Assembly (NCBI GenBank): GCA_964304625.1
Contig: OZ199839.1
Location: 945,616-1,009,615, forward strand
DNA: 64,000 nucleotides
Source of the DNA: Kudoa neothunni
Lineage: Eukaryota; Animalia; Cnidaria
Reading direction: 5' to 3'
Shown here: positions 53,020 to 64,000 of the stretch, piece after piece
Layout of the letters: each line of letters begins with the position of its first letter
Position numbering within the stretch: the first letter of the stretch is position 1
The notes under the pieces: model-generated
Seen by the model: only the letters and a program-made list of their open reading frames with translations
Database searches by the model: none
Told to the model about the DNA's origin: nothing
Translations under genes and position numbers: made by a program

Positions 53020-55860
53020 GCTTAACTCTTCATAGCATCACCGGCTTTTCTCGCTAGTTGTTGATAGTTTTTTGGGAATATATTATTTGTTTTTGGAGCC
53101 AAACTGAAATCATTTCATTTTGTTAAATATTTGAAAATAGTTGAAAAACCGACCGACTGATTTATTTTGATATTTGTTGAGTTTATCAGCGTATGCTTGC
53201 ATTTTAGACTCTGGGCTAACAACCTGTGGAAAATGTTTTTTGGATGGAGCTGGTTGTGATGTTGAGAGGTGACATTGGATTAGAATTGGATTGGATTTTT
53301 GGATTACACTGTTGTGAATTTTAATGGGTTCTTGGAATTTGTTGGGATAATACTAGATTTGTAGAGTTATTTAATGTTGATAACAAGTGGTTTGTTAGAA
53401 TTTTTTGAATTTTTAGGTAATAGTTTCTTTGCATTGGTAAAATTTTTTTATATAGGAATTAACTTTTTAAGATGTTGGTATGTGCTGTTCATCAAATAAT
53501 TACAGAATTTTCCTCTACTACAGAATAGTAGAGGGTTTCTTTATTATGATTATGGCTGTGTCGAGATATATTTTGGTAGATAGTAGTAGACAATGTAAGT
53601 TGATGAATTTAGGTGTTCCTGTTGAATTAATTCCTGTTTAATAATAGTCACAGGGTTGTCCTCGTCGATTGATGTGTTTTAGGGTTTTTCGGGGGACAGG
53701 GGTGAATAACTTAAGTAGTTATTACATCCTCATCTTCAATGAGTTAATTAACGATAGTATTATTATTAATAGATTCTTCTAGAATAGCTATGTTCGATTC
53801 ATCCATTATTTCTACTACATCTGATTGGTTAGTTTATTAAAGCTGTATCTTTAAGAAATCTGCCACCATTAATGTGTCCATATCGTGAACAAACTTTGCG
53901 TGGTCATCATCAAACTACAGCATTTTGGCTGATTTTAAAAGTTTTGCATTAGTGGATGGATACATTATTTCCTCGATGTTAATTTCTTCTGGATTATATA
54001 TTGTTTGATCATTTGTGCTTTTAAGATTGTCTCACTTGAATTCTACCCCGATGGCGTCGTTAATTATAGCGATATTGTTGTCAATAAATTTAATTTCTTG
54101 AATGTAATTAATATTAATGATGTTAATATTATTTGAATTTATCTTTGAATTCTTGATGTTTTGAATATTGTTAACAAATTGGTCATTTGTTAGCTAATTA
54201 TGTTGGTTATTTGGAATGTGAAAATTAAATTGAGAGGTTGATGTGTATGTGCATTTATTAGAATTATTAATTTGATTTGTATGGTTTGTGTTGGTGTTTG
54301 ATTTTATAATGCTTCTTTTTTATTGTATAAGTGTACCAAGAAACCATGATTATTATTATTATTAAATTACGATTTTAATTATCATTCTCCGTTGATTGTG
54401 AAATAACATTAGTTGCGTTGACATATTATTCGTAATCGCATTGCGGTTGATTATTGGTAGATTATTCGAATGAACATAATTATGTAGAGTTCTAGATGAT
54501 TTAAAAATTGTGGTAATGTAAACATTAACGTTATTGACATGATCAACAGTTATATTGGTATCGTTACTATTAATGGAATGATTGTTGTTAATTGATAAAG
54601 ATGTAGGCGTATCATGTAGGTGTTGTTGATGTTGTTGACTTTGATGTTGATTTGCAATGGAAATGGAATTAGTAGAGTTAATGTGAATGAATAAGTCATG
54701 CAAGGATTATCATGTTGATTATTCATTACGTCTGTCAATAACGTTCAATGTAGGAATTATATTATTAGTGTTATCACCATTGATATTAGCATCGCAATGC
54801 ACTGTAGCTGTATTGTAAATTACTTTTTGATGGTCAGTTGAGTCAGCTGATTCAGTTTGTGGATTAGATGGATTTATGTTGAGAGATGAGATGATGTCGG
54901 AGAATTCGAAATTGATGGGTTCGAGTCGTTAGAGCATGCCGAATGCGTTAGATGTAAATTCAATGTATCATTTAGAAAGATGACAAGGTTCTCGCAATCA
55001 TACAATAGAAAGCCGTTGTCCGATTCTACTTCGGCGTGGGAGTCGCCTGATAAGTCCTATCAGCGTCGTTGTCAATGGTCAAGAGATAATTGTAATCCGC
55101 TAGCTCATTTCAGGTAATCTTATACGTTTCATTAGTAAGCAAATTAGTAGTGCTTTCTAACGATGTAGTGTGTGGTGCTTTGGAGGAATTGTCAATTGGA
55201 ATTTTGTTGTATAGATGAGAATGGTATTCCGTTGGTTGGATTGATATAGCCAAATTTAGTGGAATGGTGAGATTATCAGGGATTAAACCGATTTCCATAA
55301 AGTTGTCGGTTTTCTCATTCAGTTGGGCAATAATGGCATTTTTAAAGGCATCAGTGGATAGACCGTATCTTTGCTTTCGCTCAATACTCGTTTGGGAAGT
55401 TTTGGGCTACATCGATTTATGACCTTCCAAACCAACTTTAATGATGGCCTCATTTTCACTTCTGATTGTTCAATTGTTTCAATATTTGGACAAGCCAAGT
55501 CAAGTTTGTCTGTCGAAATACTCATCGATTGCATCATAAGCGTTTTCGCAATGCTTAGATGACGACAACTTTTCGGTGAAAAGTGACAGAACATTGAAAC
55601 AAAGTGATGTAATTTCGAACAAAGTCAGCCACACTTTTAACAGTTTGAGATAGTTTAGAACATGTCCATTTCATTTCTAAATAAATAGAATATAGATGGA
55701 AAATCATCGGCGAAAATTCGTGATAGAAATTCCTCATCACAGAAAGATCGCGTACTGATTTTAAAGGATCTTTGTAATCAGCGCATCATAATTGAACGAA
55801 TTGTAACAACATTTTTAATTTACGCTCCATACGAACGAAAAAATTTGTGCCTGCCAGGGG
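53020..55860 (-). pseudogene. Decayed copy C of the Asn-rich ORF family (probable 5' half of an RLE non-LTR element)
   Basis: HEFSPMIFHLYSIYLE...VADFVRNYITLF, MRPSLKLVWKVINR and GLIPDNLTIPLNLAISIQPTEY align with ORF 60356-61027. Ends in MQAYADKL...FSTIFKYLT and YQQLARKAGDAMKS. Confidence 0.65.
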
Positions 55861-55932
55861 TTAAGTATTTATTTAGTGCGAGTTAATAGACTTGTGTAAC
55901 CGATAATATTAGATTGTTTAGCGTGATTATTG

Positions 55933-55978
55933 TTATCTCATTTATGAATAACGAATTCGTTATTCATAAATGAGATAA
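55933..55978. repeat. Perfect 46-bp palindrome without spacer
   Basis: TTATCTCATTTATGAATAACGAA|TTCGTTATTCATAAATGAGATAA; the two arms are exact reverse complements. Confidence 0.95.
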
Positions 55979-56059
55979 TCTAAAACTCTCCCCCAAAAGG
56001 GTTTTAAGTAACATCGGTTTCCAGAGGGTATAAGTAAGTTAAGGAACGTTTGGAGGATT

Positions 56060-57370
56060 TACATTGCTAAATCAAATGATTGCCGATCTCTGCAAATTAT
56101 CGTGACTATGGAAGTTCAATAATTTTTACAATTTTCGATGTTAATTTGGACCCCTCGTTTTTTACAATATCAATATTATCAACTTTCGGTGTCCTCTCGT
56201 TGTTATTATTGATACCAAGCACGTTATTATATTTTTCTCTTTAACTCAATAGATATTCGCGTTTCCAATGGTTATTGAATATAGATAGAAACTTGTAACC
56301 TTTTCTCCAATATTTATATGTATTCTCTTTTAATATCGTTGTCGAATGAGTCTGTCATCTATAGATTTTAGCGAATATGGTTCCCGTAAGGTTGATGTTA
56401 TTTTCCAGTAATTTTTTCGCTAGAAGTACAGGTAAAAAAGTTGTTAGCGAAGACACCCTACTGGTTCCATGGAAAGATGAAACAAGTAGACCACCCTTTG
56501 GCCTTGATGGATTTCGATCATTCAATTTATTTTTCTGGTATGCAGATGAATACTAAACATATAGGAGTTTCCAGAATTTATTGCGGGCCACAATTTGATT
56601 CCGAAGCTCCCAGGCTTGGTTTTCATATATACTTGAGAAGAGCACTACCTTTAAAAGTACAAGCCACTCATCAATAGTTGTATATCGCCCCGGAGAGTAG
56701 TATTTAAGACAATTCTCATTAAAAAGCTGAAATATTTTTATAATAGGTTCTAATTTATCACTTGATTTTTCGTATCGTTGAAATCTTGTGGTTTTATTAT
56801 CTTATCGAATTTTTTGATATGTGTAATGACATCTGTTTCTGGACAATACAGAGGAAAAGAATTGTTTGAATAATGGATTAGTATCCCATAAATTTTGAAG
56901 AGAGAGCATTCGTCCGTTACAACGTTCTGCAACAATCAAAATATTTATAAATGCTTCCATCTCCTCGTACGTTATGTCATCAGTGTTTTAGGTATTAATT
57001 TCCCCGCAACAATTATTAGTTTGGATTATAGTTTGGTCAATGATATTTTCTAAAAAAAACAGCTTGAATGATTCAGAAATGTTCGTAATATTTTTAACTT
57101 CTTCACAATTACCCGAAACGAAATGACAAAGTTGTGGGAAAGTCATTTTGTTCCTATACGACTTACGTATTTCATTCAATATCAGACTTCGACACCAAGA
57201 CTGAGTCAGTATTTTCATTTATAAACAAGCAGTCACTATCTCCTGATATTTCGCTTTCATCACTAGAACTATCTCTTTCGAGAGAATCGCCATATAATGA
57301 ATTATCAGATTCAGACACTTCATACTAAGAACTATCACCTAGGTCTGTTGACGAGAAATCCTCTTCAGCA
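56060..57370 (-). mobile_element. piggyBac transposase relic (third, distinct subfamily)
   Basis: Acidic N-terminus, then FKLFFLENIIDQTIIQTN, ITYEEMEAFINILI, YSPGRYTTIDEWLV, QVYMKTKPGSFGIKLW and NNFFT..LAKKLLENNINLTGT. Many stops and frameshifts. Confidence 0.85.
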
Positions 57371-57379
57371 TTAGTTGAT

Positions 57380-58706
57380 TCTTACAGAATGGCCGTATCT
57401 AAATCTAAATTCGGCACGTCTTCAATCATGGCAAGTTCCGCATTCATTAATGCTTTCATATCATTATTGAATCTTGTGTGATCATCCACATTGATTTCGT
57501 TTGGATTGGCGTAGTTTCTTGTTTGAATTATTGTTGTTGTCTTCTTCCATCTCATGCCTAATTTCTTCAAGTTTTGGCCTATCTCTTACGTGATAAGACC
57601 ACCATTTAGTTTATTTGGAGTTTTTCAAACTGAAATTAACATTGGTTTCTCTGATTTCATTGTTATTGTTAAAAAATTAATTCCCCGATGGTTAATTATA
57701 TTGATATTAAAGTTGTTGGAATTTTGGTTTTTGTGGGTTCATTGTGTATTGTTATTAATTTGGTTTTTCACATATTATAGAGGTTGGTTAAACTGAATAT
57801 TATGTTGATCATTATGTTGGATATTTTGCTGTTGTGCTAAGTGTAAGGGGAGCCAGCACAGTTGTGTCTTATATTGAGATATTTTGTTGATGGGTGTTTG
57901 ATAATATAACACTTCTTTTGTATTGTTCATGAGCACCAAGAAAATTATCAATATGGTTAGAATTATTCTCCAGAGTTAATTGTTTCATTGGTATATTGGG
58001 ATTTGAATTTGGATTAGCATAGTTATGCATTAAAATAGGTGGGTTAATATTGTTATTCTCATTACATCATTAGCAAAATAATTGTTATTATTTATATTGG
58101 TTAATTGATGTTGATGTATTATTGGCATATTATTTGGGTTAGAATCAGCGTTATTAGATGATAATTGCGTGATGGGGATATCTGAGCTAGTAATTCTTTT
58201 ATTATTATTGTTAATGTCAATATCAACTGTTAGATATGGCAGTTAAATTATCATTGCAATGCACTGCATCGTTCGCGTTGTTGTAATCATAGTTTACATG
58301 GAATAGTTGTGGATTAGGATTATTGGATTAACATCCGGAGAAAACAAAATTGGTCAGTTCAAGTCATTTGAGGAAATTGAGTTGTTGGCCGATTCGTTAG
58401 ATTGTGAATTTAATGGATCATTCAACGAGATCACAATGTCATCACATTCATAAGTTGGAGATTGGTAAGAGTCGGGTGCTGACTCATCGACGTCGTTAGT
58501 GGATGCCAGCTCATCGTTCGATTTTGAGGAGACAATATTGTTGATAACGTTATCAGCACTTAACGATAGATTCGTCAACCACAGCATCAACAGTGGAGGA
58601 AATATTGGGATTTTTGGTAGGATTGAGTAATAATTATTTATGGTAGTATTCACTGTTGTATTCTGACGGAGAAATTGAAATTGCCAAAGTTAGAGGAATA
58701 ATCAGA
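57380..58706 (-). pseudogene. Decayed, 5'-truncated copy B of the Asn-rich ORF family
   Basis: NLIIPLTLAISISPSEYNSEYY and SADNVINN...NDELASTNDVDESAPDSYQSPTYECDDIVISLNDPLN are near-identical to 60117-60540. DHTRFNNDMKALMNAELAMIE matches DHARFRADIEALMDTDLAMIE. Confidence 0.75.
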
Positions 58707-61110
58707 TTATGGGGGATTAGCTGGTTGTTGGGAAGATTGAGAATTATTAGAGTGGATTTTAGTTTCACCGCTACTTTGGATGACAATGGGGTGATTTCTT
58801 GTTGTTGACATTAATTTGTTAATTTCCTGAGATAAAGATTGCGATTTAGATATTGGGTTGGGAGTTAATTTAAATTTAGATTCAGATTTAAGCGACTCTT
58901 CGACCTCAATAATCGAATTGTCCTCTAGCGCTGAATAGTAGAAAGTGTCTTCATAGTTGAGGTGAGTCCTAGGCGCGAAATATTGAGGAACATTAGGAGA
59001 TGGGTCGTAGTAGATGACAAGCGAAGAATCTGGTGATAATGAGTTGTCTGGTGAGCTTTGGACTTGCTCTATTAATTCACTCTTGATGTGAATAGAACTG
59101 TCACTATCGTTAAGTGTTGGAAGTGGGGAAGTAACTTTAGTGATTATCACGTCATCATCATCATCTTCATGATTAGGTGGATCTTCAAGAATTGCCAAAT
59201 CTAGGATATGAGCTGGATTGGGATTGTATTCGATCATAGCAAGATCTGTGTCCATTAAAGCTTCAATGTCAGCTCTAAATCTTGCATGGTCGCCTTCTAG
59301 ATTGTTTTTGATGGGGGCTAAATTAGAGGGTGCCAACATAATGTCCATTATGTCGATTTCTTCTGGATTGCCCACCTGATGATAATTACAATAATTATGG
59401 TTGTTAGAGTGTCCCTCTATTTCATCAATTATCCTTTCCAATTCTAGCCGATCTCTCTCGAAATCTGCCCACCATCTAGCATCTCTATAATTTTCCGCGC
59501 GGATTTTTGCATTATTATTGGAATTAATAACATTACGTTGAGCAAAATGTTGTTTATTAATATTATAAGTTGTTTGGTTGGAGTTGGAGGTAGGATTGGA
59601 TTGTTGTTTAAGGTCATTATCGTTGTTGGCATTGGCATGGGTGTGTGTGGACAGAACATTTTTCTTGTACTGCACTAATGCATCCATAAAGCCAAGATCA
59701 CTGTTGTTGTTTTGGGTGGTTGGCATAATATTTGGCATAATATTTAGTTCAGTTGACTTATATTTGGCTTAGTGACTTCCTCCGGGGAATTATGATTAGT
59801 GTTAGTGATAATGTTAGGGTTAGTATTAGAAATAACTATTGGACTAACATAATTGTGCATAGGAACCAACGATTTTGTTATAATTATCATTATCCACATA
59901 AACATCATTATTATGATTAGAATTATTAGAATTATCATTAGAAATATCAATAGTGGTTATTGGAGGTAAATTTGAACTGATATTATTGGATATTGATTGC
60001 GTGCGTGAGTTGAAGATTATCATAATTATCAGTAATTTCATCATTATCAATGATTGCAGTATTAAGTGGATCATTTGATATTGGATTACAACGCATTGAA
60101 ATATTGCAATCATAATTTACTTGTAATTGAAGTGTGGATTAGGATTATCAGTATTAGTATTAGTACTAATATCATCTGAAGAATTCAAAGTTGGTGGGTT
60201 CGAGTCAAATTGATTGGCCGATTCATCAGATTGTAAATTGAGAGGGTCATTCAGGGAGATGACAACATCATCACATTGATAAATTGGCGATTGGAAAGAG
60301 TCGGGTGCTGACTCATCAACGTCGTTAATGGATGCCAGCTCATTATTCGACTTTATTAAAGTGGCATTGGCGATAATGTTATCAGCACTGATAACAGATT
60401 CATCAACCACAGAGTCAACAGTATAGAGGAAACATTGGGATTTTGAAAGGGGTAAAGTGGCAACATTTTACGGTAATACTCACTGTTGTATTCCGACGGT
60501 TGGGTGGAAATGGCTTTGGTAATTGGAATAATAAGACTATCCGGGATTAACCCAGATATTATAAAATTTTCATTTTTAGCGTCCAATTCTTCAATTAGAG
60601 CACTTTTGAGTTGGTTGACAGCAAGCTTGTATCGTTCTTTACGTTCCAGTATGGCTTTTGGGATTTTTCGTGATGACCGGTTTAAGACCATCCAGATTAA
60701 CTTTAAAGATGCCTTTATTTTTAGCTGTTCCTCTACAGCTACAGACTCATCAATTTTATATGGTATAGCCAGTGTTGGGGGCGTTGTATAAAAGTAATTG
60801 TCAATGATATCAAATAGCTCTTTAGGGAGATCCTCCCTAGATAAGATACCAGAAAAGATCTTCAGAGATCCATGGAACAACGAAATATACTTCCTAACAA
60901 AGTCAGCAATACATTTATCAACAACAGATAGTTTAGCACCACTAAGGCGCTTCTCCAAATATGATGAGTAAAGGTGGTAAATTATCGGGGAAATTTCGTG
61001 CTCAAAATATTGTAACAAATCAGTCACACAAACTTCGCAATTGCACCGTTAGAATTGTTAGGTCATACACACCGCAACATGCATAAATTTTCCATTTCCG
61101 CTCCGAAAAA
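58707..61110 (-). pseudogene. Copy A of the Asn-rich ORF family (ORF pieces 60356-61027, 60117-60410, 58707-59738; frameshifted)
   Basis: Consecutive same-strand ORFs with no intron-like gaps, colinear with copies B and C. Confidence 0.7.
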
Positions 61111-61121
61111 ACGAAAAATTT

Positions 61122-61156
61122 CGCCTGGTAGGGGGCTCGAACCCATGGCCTCAAGT
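61122..61156 (-). other. tRNA 3'-half-like sequence (variable loop, T-arm/B-box, acceptor 3' strand; Lys-like G discriminator) followed by oligo-T
   Basis: Minus strand ACTTG-AGGCC-ATGGG-TTCGAGC-CCCCT-ACCAGGC-G, then AAATTTTT. The spacing fits tRNA positions 39-73 with one T-stem mismatch. No D-arm/A-box or acceptor 5' strand upstream. Confidence 0.7.
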
Positions 61157-64000
61157 ACACAAAAATAGCGGGAAAAATAGTGTTTGTAAACTAATCTAAT
61201 AAATGTTTATTTTGGGAAGGTGGAAGTTGGAATTGGGATGGTCCTTGATTGGTTGGATGATCTAAATAAAAATTAACAATTATTAAACAAGTTACGTGCG
61301 GTTTGGTGGAGAAGATTTCGTTTTCGCCACTCCCTGTAAGGGGGGTTGCGAAGACGGAATCTTGGGAGGTATCTTCATCGGCTTTTTGGATGGTTGGGAT
61401 AGTGGTTTTTGGATGGATTTCTTAATGGATTTTTTGCGCGATGAAGGTGGAGGTGGAGGCGCCAAAGTCATCACTGGGGTAGCTTTGATAACCATGGGTG
61501 GCGTCACAGATTTCTTCTTCTGGGGAGGTGGATTTTTAAAGATATCATCAGTTTGGGATAGAAACACTTGGGATGATTGGGAGTTTTGAGGAGAGTTGGA
61601 GGTGGGAATTTCAATTGTTGGGATGACTTGTTGGATAGTCTTGATGATATTGGTGGATTTGGTTGCTGGAGTGCGTTTTTTAGGCGCGTTTCGCAGCAGT
61701 GGTTTTTGGTTGTCCACATAGACACCATTTCTACAAATGGGTGTAGCGGAGGTTCCAAAGACATGGGCTCTCCAGATGGTCGAAGAGTCCAAGAGAACAG
61801 ATCTGGTGATTGCTTTCTTTAAGGCTGACACCCTCTTTTTGTTTTTAACAAAAAGAGCTTTATATACATCATTATTGGGCTCATAATGAGCCCCCAAAGA
61901 ACCGTAGATCAGCGCATAAAGTTGGCACGAGTAGCCCTTTTCCATCCATTGTGATTGCTCCTCCCTGTACTTGGCAACCTTGTGTTGGTGTACTTCTTCC
62001 AGGCGAGAGAGTGACGATTCGAAGGTGATGGAAACGTCGCAGATAATGACATCTTTGGTTTGGTCATTGAGGAGTACAATATCTGGTCGACGGTTAGAGG
62101 GGATCTGTGGGAAAATGGTGTCGAGGAATGTCACCCAATTCTTATTGGGCTTCATCTGTTCAGCGATGAGGTCAACAATATGGTTGTGTCGAGCGGACCT
62201 TGCTCTTTCACCGAACTTGCAGCCACCCAGAATATGTCCTAGGTGTTCCGTTGCCACATGGCAACGTCTACAGTCGGATTCAGAACAAAGTTTACGTATT
62301 TTCAATACGCACTTTGTGGGGAGCGCATTCACTCGCGCCAGGATGCCAAAGCGGTAGACATAGGGAGATACATCACCTTGGTTAATCCAGGAGTTTGCGA
62401 CTTTGCTTCCCACAAAACACTCAACGGATCGTCCCTGCATACGCTGAGACTTCCATACGTCGAGGAACATCGACTGAACATGCCACCGAATACGGCGTAC
62501 TCGGGTGGCACCTCGCTGTTGATGAGGGGGAATGTGTGGTGGCGGACTGAGGTAATCAGAGTCAATGTCAATCTTTGAGGGAGACTGTTCATCGGCTTGC
62601 TTGACTTGGAGTCCAAGAGACTTTGCATTCAAGCGGATGCTAGAGAAGATACTTCTCACGTCTCTGGACTTGATATACTCAGTGTCCCTGTTAAAATAGT
62701 CCTCAGGGGTGAGACTTTCGTTGGTTCTCTTACCAACGATGGATAAAATTGCGTCCTCAGACAGTTTGGCGACTCTTTCATCCGCGGAATGGATGAGGTT
62801 GAGTGCGGAGGCTAATCGGAGGGCACAAAAGTCGAGTTTAAGGCATCTCAGACCGAATCCCCCCACTGCACATGGAGTGTACAGTAGGGACTTTGTAACA
62901 GATTCGGGCATAGCTAACCAATGGCGAACTGATGACCGAATCTCAGAATCGATTTTCTTGAGGTCCTCGATGCGGATAATGTTATTCTTCATAGAATACT
63001 CAAGGGTGGGCATTAAGTAAGTTTTCGTGAGGTTAATCTTCATAAAGTGCAGTAGGGGAGCGTTTGAAACTTTTTGAAGGTTCTCACTAAACTTAGGGAA
63101 GCAAGGTGGCAGGTCTTTAAACGACTTTAGATTTTTACAGGTACCTAGGTACTTATAAAAATCCTCCATCAGCGGGATTGGCACACCTTGGAGAACATAT
63201 GGTTGGATTAATGTGGAATTTACAATGCGTGTTTTATTCTTAAATGTGACATTAAGTGTCGCACTCTTGGAATGGTTAATGCGCAGACCAAGATCATTAA
63301 TAAATGCTTCGAATTGATGGAGGAGGACATTCATTTGGATATTATTCTCGGTCAGCAACACAATGTCATCGGCATATGCCAACGCACCAAAAACCTGACC
63401 GTGAAGTTTATATCCCTGTTTTGAGTCATCAATTCGTCGCAAAAAGGGGTCCAAAACGAGGTTAAAAAGTAGGGGGGATAAGGGGCATCCCTGTCGTACA
63501 CCTTTACCATAAGGATAAAGGTAGCCAGTTCCGCCGCTCTTATCCGTAACCTCGTTGAAGCTGTTTGCGTACATATGTTTTAAGAGGTTGGTGATTTGAT
63601 GGGGGATATTAAAGTGGTTAAGTTGCTTTAATATCTCGGAATGGGGGACGGTATCGAAGGCCTTTTTCAGGTCTATCCAGACAGCTGATAGAGGGTTCTT
63701 CTCACGTCGTACGTCATCTAAAATTTCCTGGAGAATGAATGCGTGTTCAACGCATCCATTTCCACCGACGAATCCTTTTTGAGACGGGCTTAGTTCAACT
63801 AGGGAGGCGAGCTTTTTATTGACCACACTCATAAACAATCTGTAGATTGTTTGCGTAATAGAGATTGGTCTATACGCTGAGGGGTCCAACACATTAATTT
63901 CGCCGTCGGTCTTTGGCAGGAGTATGAGACGGCTAACAAGCCAATCATCAGGGACTCGCTCAGAATTAAGGATCCTGTTGAACAACTTTGCTAGATGAGA
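61157..64000 (-). mobile_element. RLE-type non-LTR retrotransposon (NeSL/Utopia/R2-like), 3' portion including ~135-nt 3' UTR
   Basis: Contains the RT-CCHC-RLE ORF. AATAAA in the 3' UTR at 61206-61211, no poly(A) tail. Clearly more GC-rich than its surroundings. Confidence 0.9.
61292..64000 (-). CDS. Reverse transcriptase + CCHC zinc knuckle + restriction-like endonuclease polyprotein (5' end outside window)
   Basis: YRPISI, QKGF, WIDLKKAFDTVPH, GVRQGCPLSPLLFN, LAYADDIVL, KYLG; CRRCHVATEHLGHILGGC; RHN, RPDIVL...ICDVSITFE, KVAKY. The frame stays open to the window edge. Confidence 0.97.
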   Translation of the reverse strand, partial: SHLAKLFNRILNSERVPDDWLVSRLILLPKTDGEINVLDPSAYRPISITQTIYRLFMSVVNKKLASLVELSPSQKGFVGGNGCVEHAFILQEILDDVRREKNPLSAVWIDLKKAFDTVPHSEILKQLNHFNIPHQITNLLKHMYANSFNEVTDKSGGTGYLYPYGKGVRQGCPLSPLLFNLVLDPFLRRIDDSKQGYKLHGQVFGALAYADDIVLLTENNIQMNVLLHQFEAFINDLGLRINHSKSATLNVTFKNKTRIVNSTLIQPYVLQGVPIPLMEDFYKYLGTCKNLKSFKDLPPCFPKFSENLQKVSNAPLLHFMKINLTKTYLMPTLEYSMKNNIIRIEDLKKIDSEIRSSVRHWLAMPESVTKSLLYTPCAVGGFGLRCLKLDFCALRLASALNLIHSADERVAKLSEDAILSIVGKRTNESLTPEDYFNRDTEYIKSRDVRSIFSSIRLNAKSLGLQVKQADEQSPSKIDIDSDYLSPPPHIPPHQQRGATRVRRIRWHVQSMFLDVWKSQRMQGRSVECFVGSKVANSWINQGDVSPYVYRFGILARVNALPTKCVLKIRKLCSESDCRRCHVATEHLGHILGGCKFGERARSARHNHIVDLIAEQMKPNKNWVTFLDTIFPQIPSNRRPDIVLLNDQTKDVIICDVSITFESSLSRLEEVHQHKVAKYREEQSQWMEKGYSCQLYALIYGSLGAHYEPNNDVYKALFVKNKKRVSALKKAITRSVLLDSSTIWRAHVFGTSATPICRNGVYVDNQKPLLRNAPKKRTPATKSTNIIKTIQQVIPTIEIPTSNSPQNSQSSQVFLSQTDDIFKNPPPQKKKSVTPPMVIKATPVMTLAPPPPPSSRKKSIKKSIQKPLSQPSKKPMKIPPKIPSSQPPLQGVAKTKSSPPNRT

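Noticed and set aside
61122-61200. Complete tRNA gene
   Set aside because: Only the 3' half fits; there is no D-arm/A-box, anticodon 5' strand or acceptor 5' strand upstream.
61296-63020. Plus-strand ORFs opposite the RT ORF, and similar antisense ORFs over the surface-protein genes
   Set aside because: Antisense shadows of real coding sequence with no motifs of their own.
1-64000. CRISPR array or prokaryotic operon/defence system
   Set aside because: No regularly spaced repeats; the genes are spliceosomal-intron-containing eukaryotic genes.

Overview
AT-rich eukaryotic (animal-like) genomic DNA with very short GT-AG introns (about 35-65 nt) and a dense collection of decayed transposons. 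Tiny introns, divergent proteins and this TE mix would fit a compact-intron parasite such as a myxozoan; that is inference only. Recognisable host genes: RPB8 (1809-2388, -), UTP11 (16962-17958, -), a GT7 beta-1,4-galactosyltransferase (20839-22135, +) and a divergent HMG-box gene. There are three type-I membrane surface-protein genes: two paralogous cysteine-decorated FN3-like module proteins (4879-7812, intact; 34379-41277, a ~3x super-repeat with disablements) and a coiled-coil protein (25400-27356). Mobile DNA comprises three piggyBac relics, pogo/Tigger, Merlin, Tc1/IS630, a MULE flanked by an unusual ~76-bp direct repeat, Helitron coding and non-autonomous copies, hAT MITEs, and an uninterrupted RLE-type (NeSL/Utopia/R2-like) non-LTR retrotransposon ORF running off the right edge. 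The most interesting signal is at the 3' end of that retrotransposon: it abuts a tRNA 3' half plus oligo-T, and the same tRNA-end motif heads a tandem family of decayed ORFs that look like 5' halves of related elements. This suggests a tRNA-targeting retroelement that may carry, and so regenerate, its own target. All family assignments come from motifs recognised by eye; no database searches were run.
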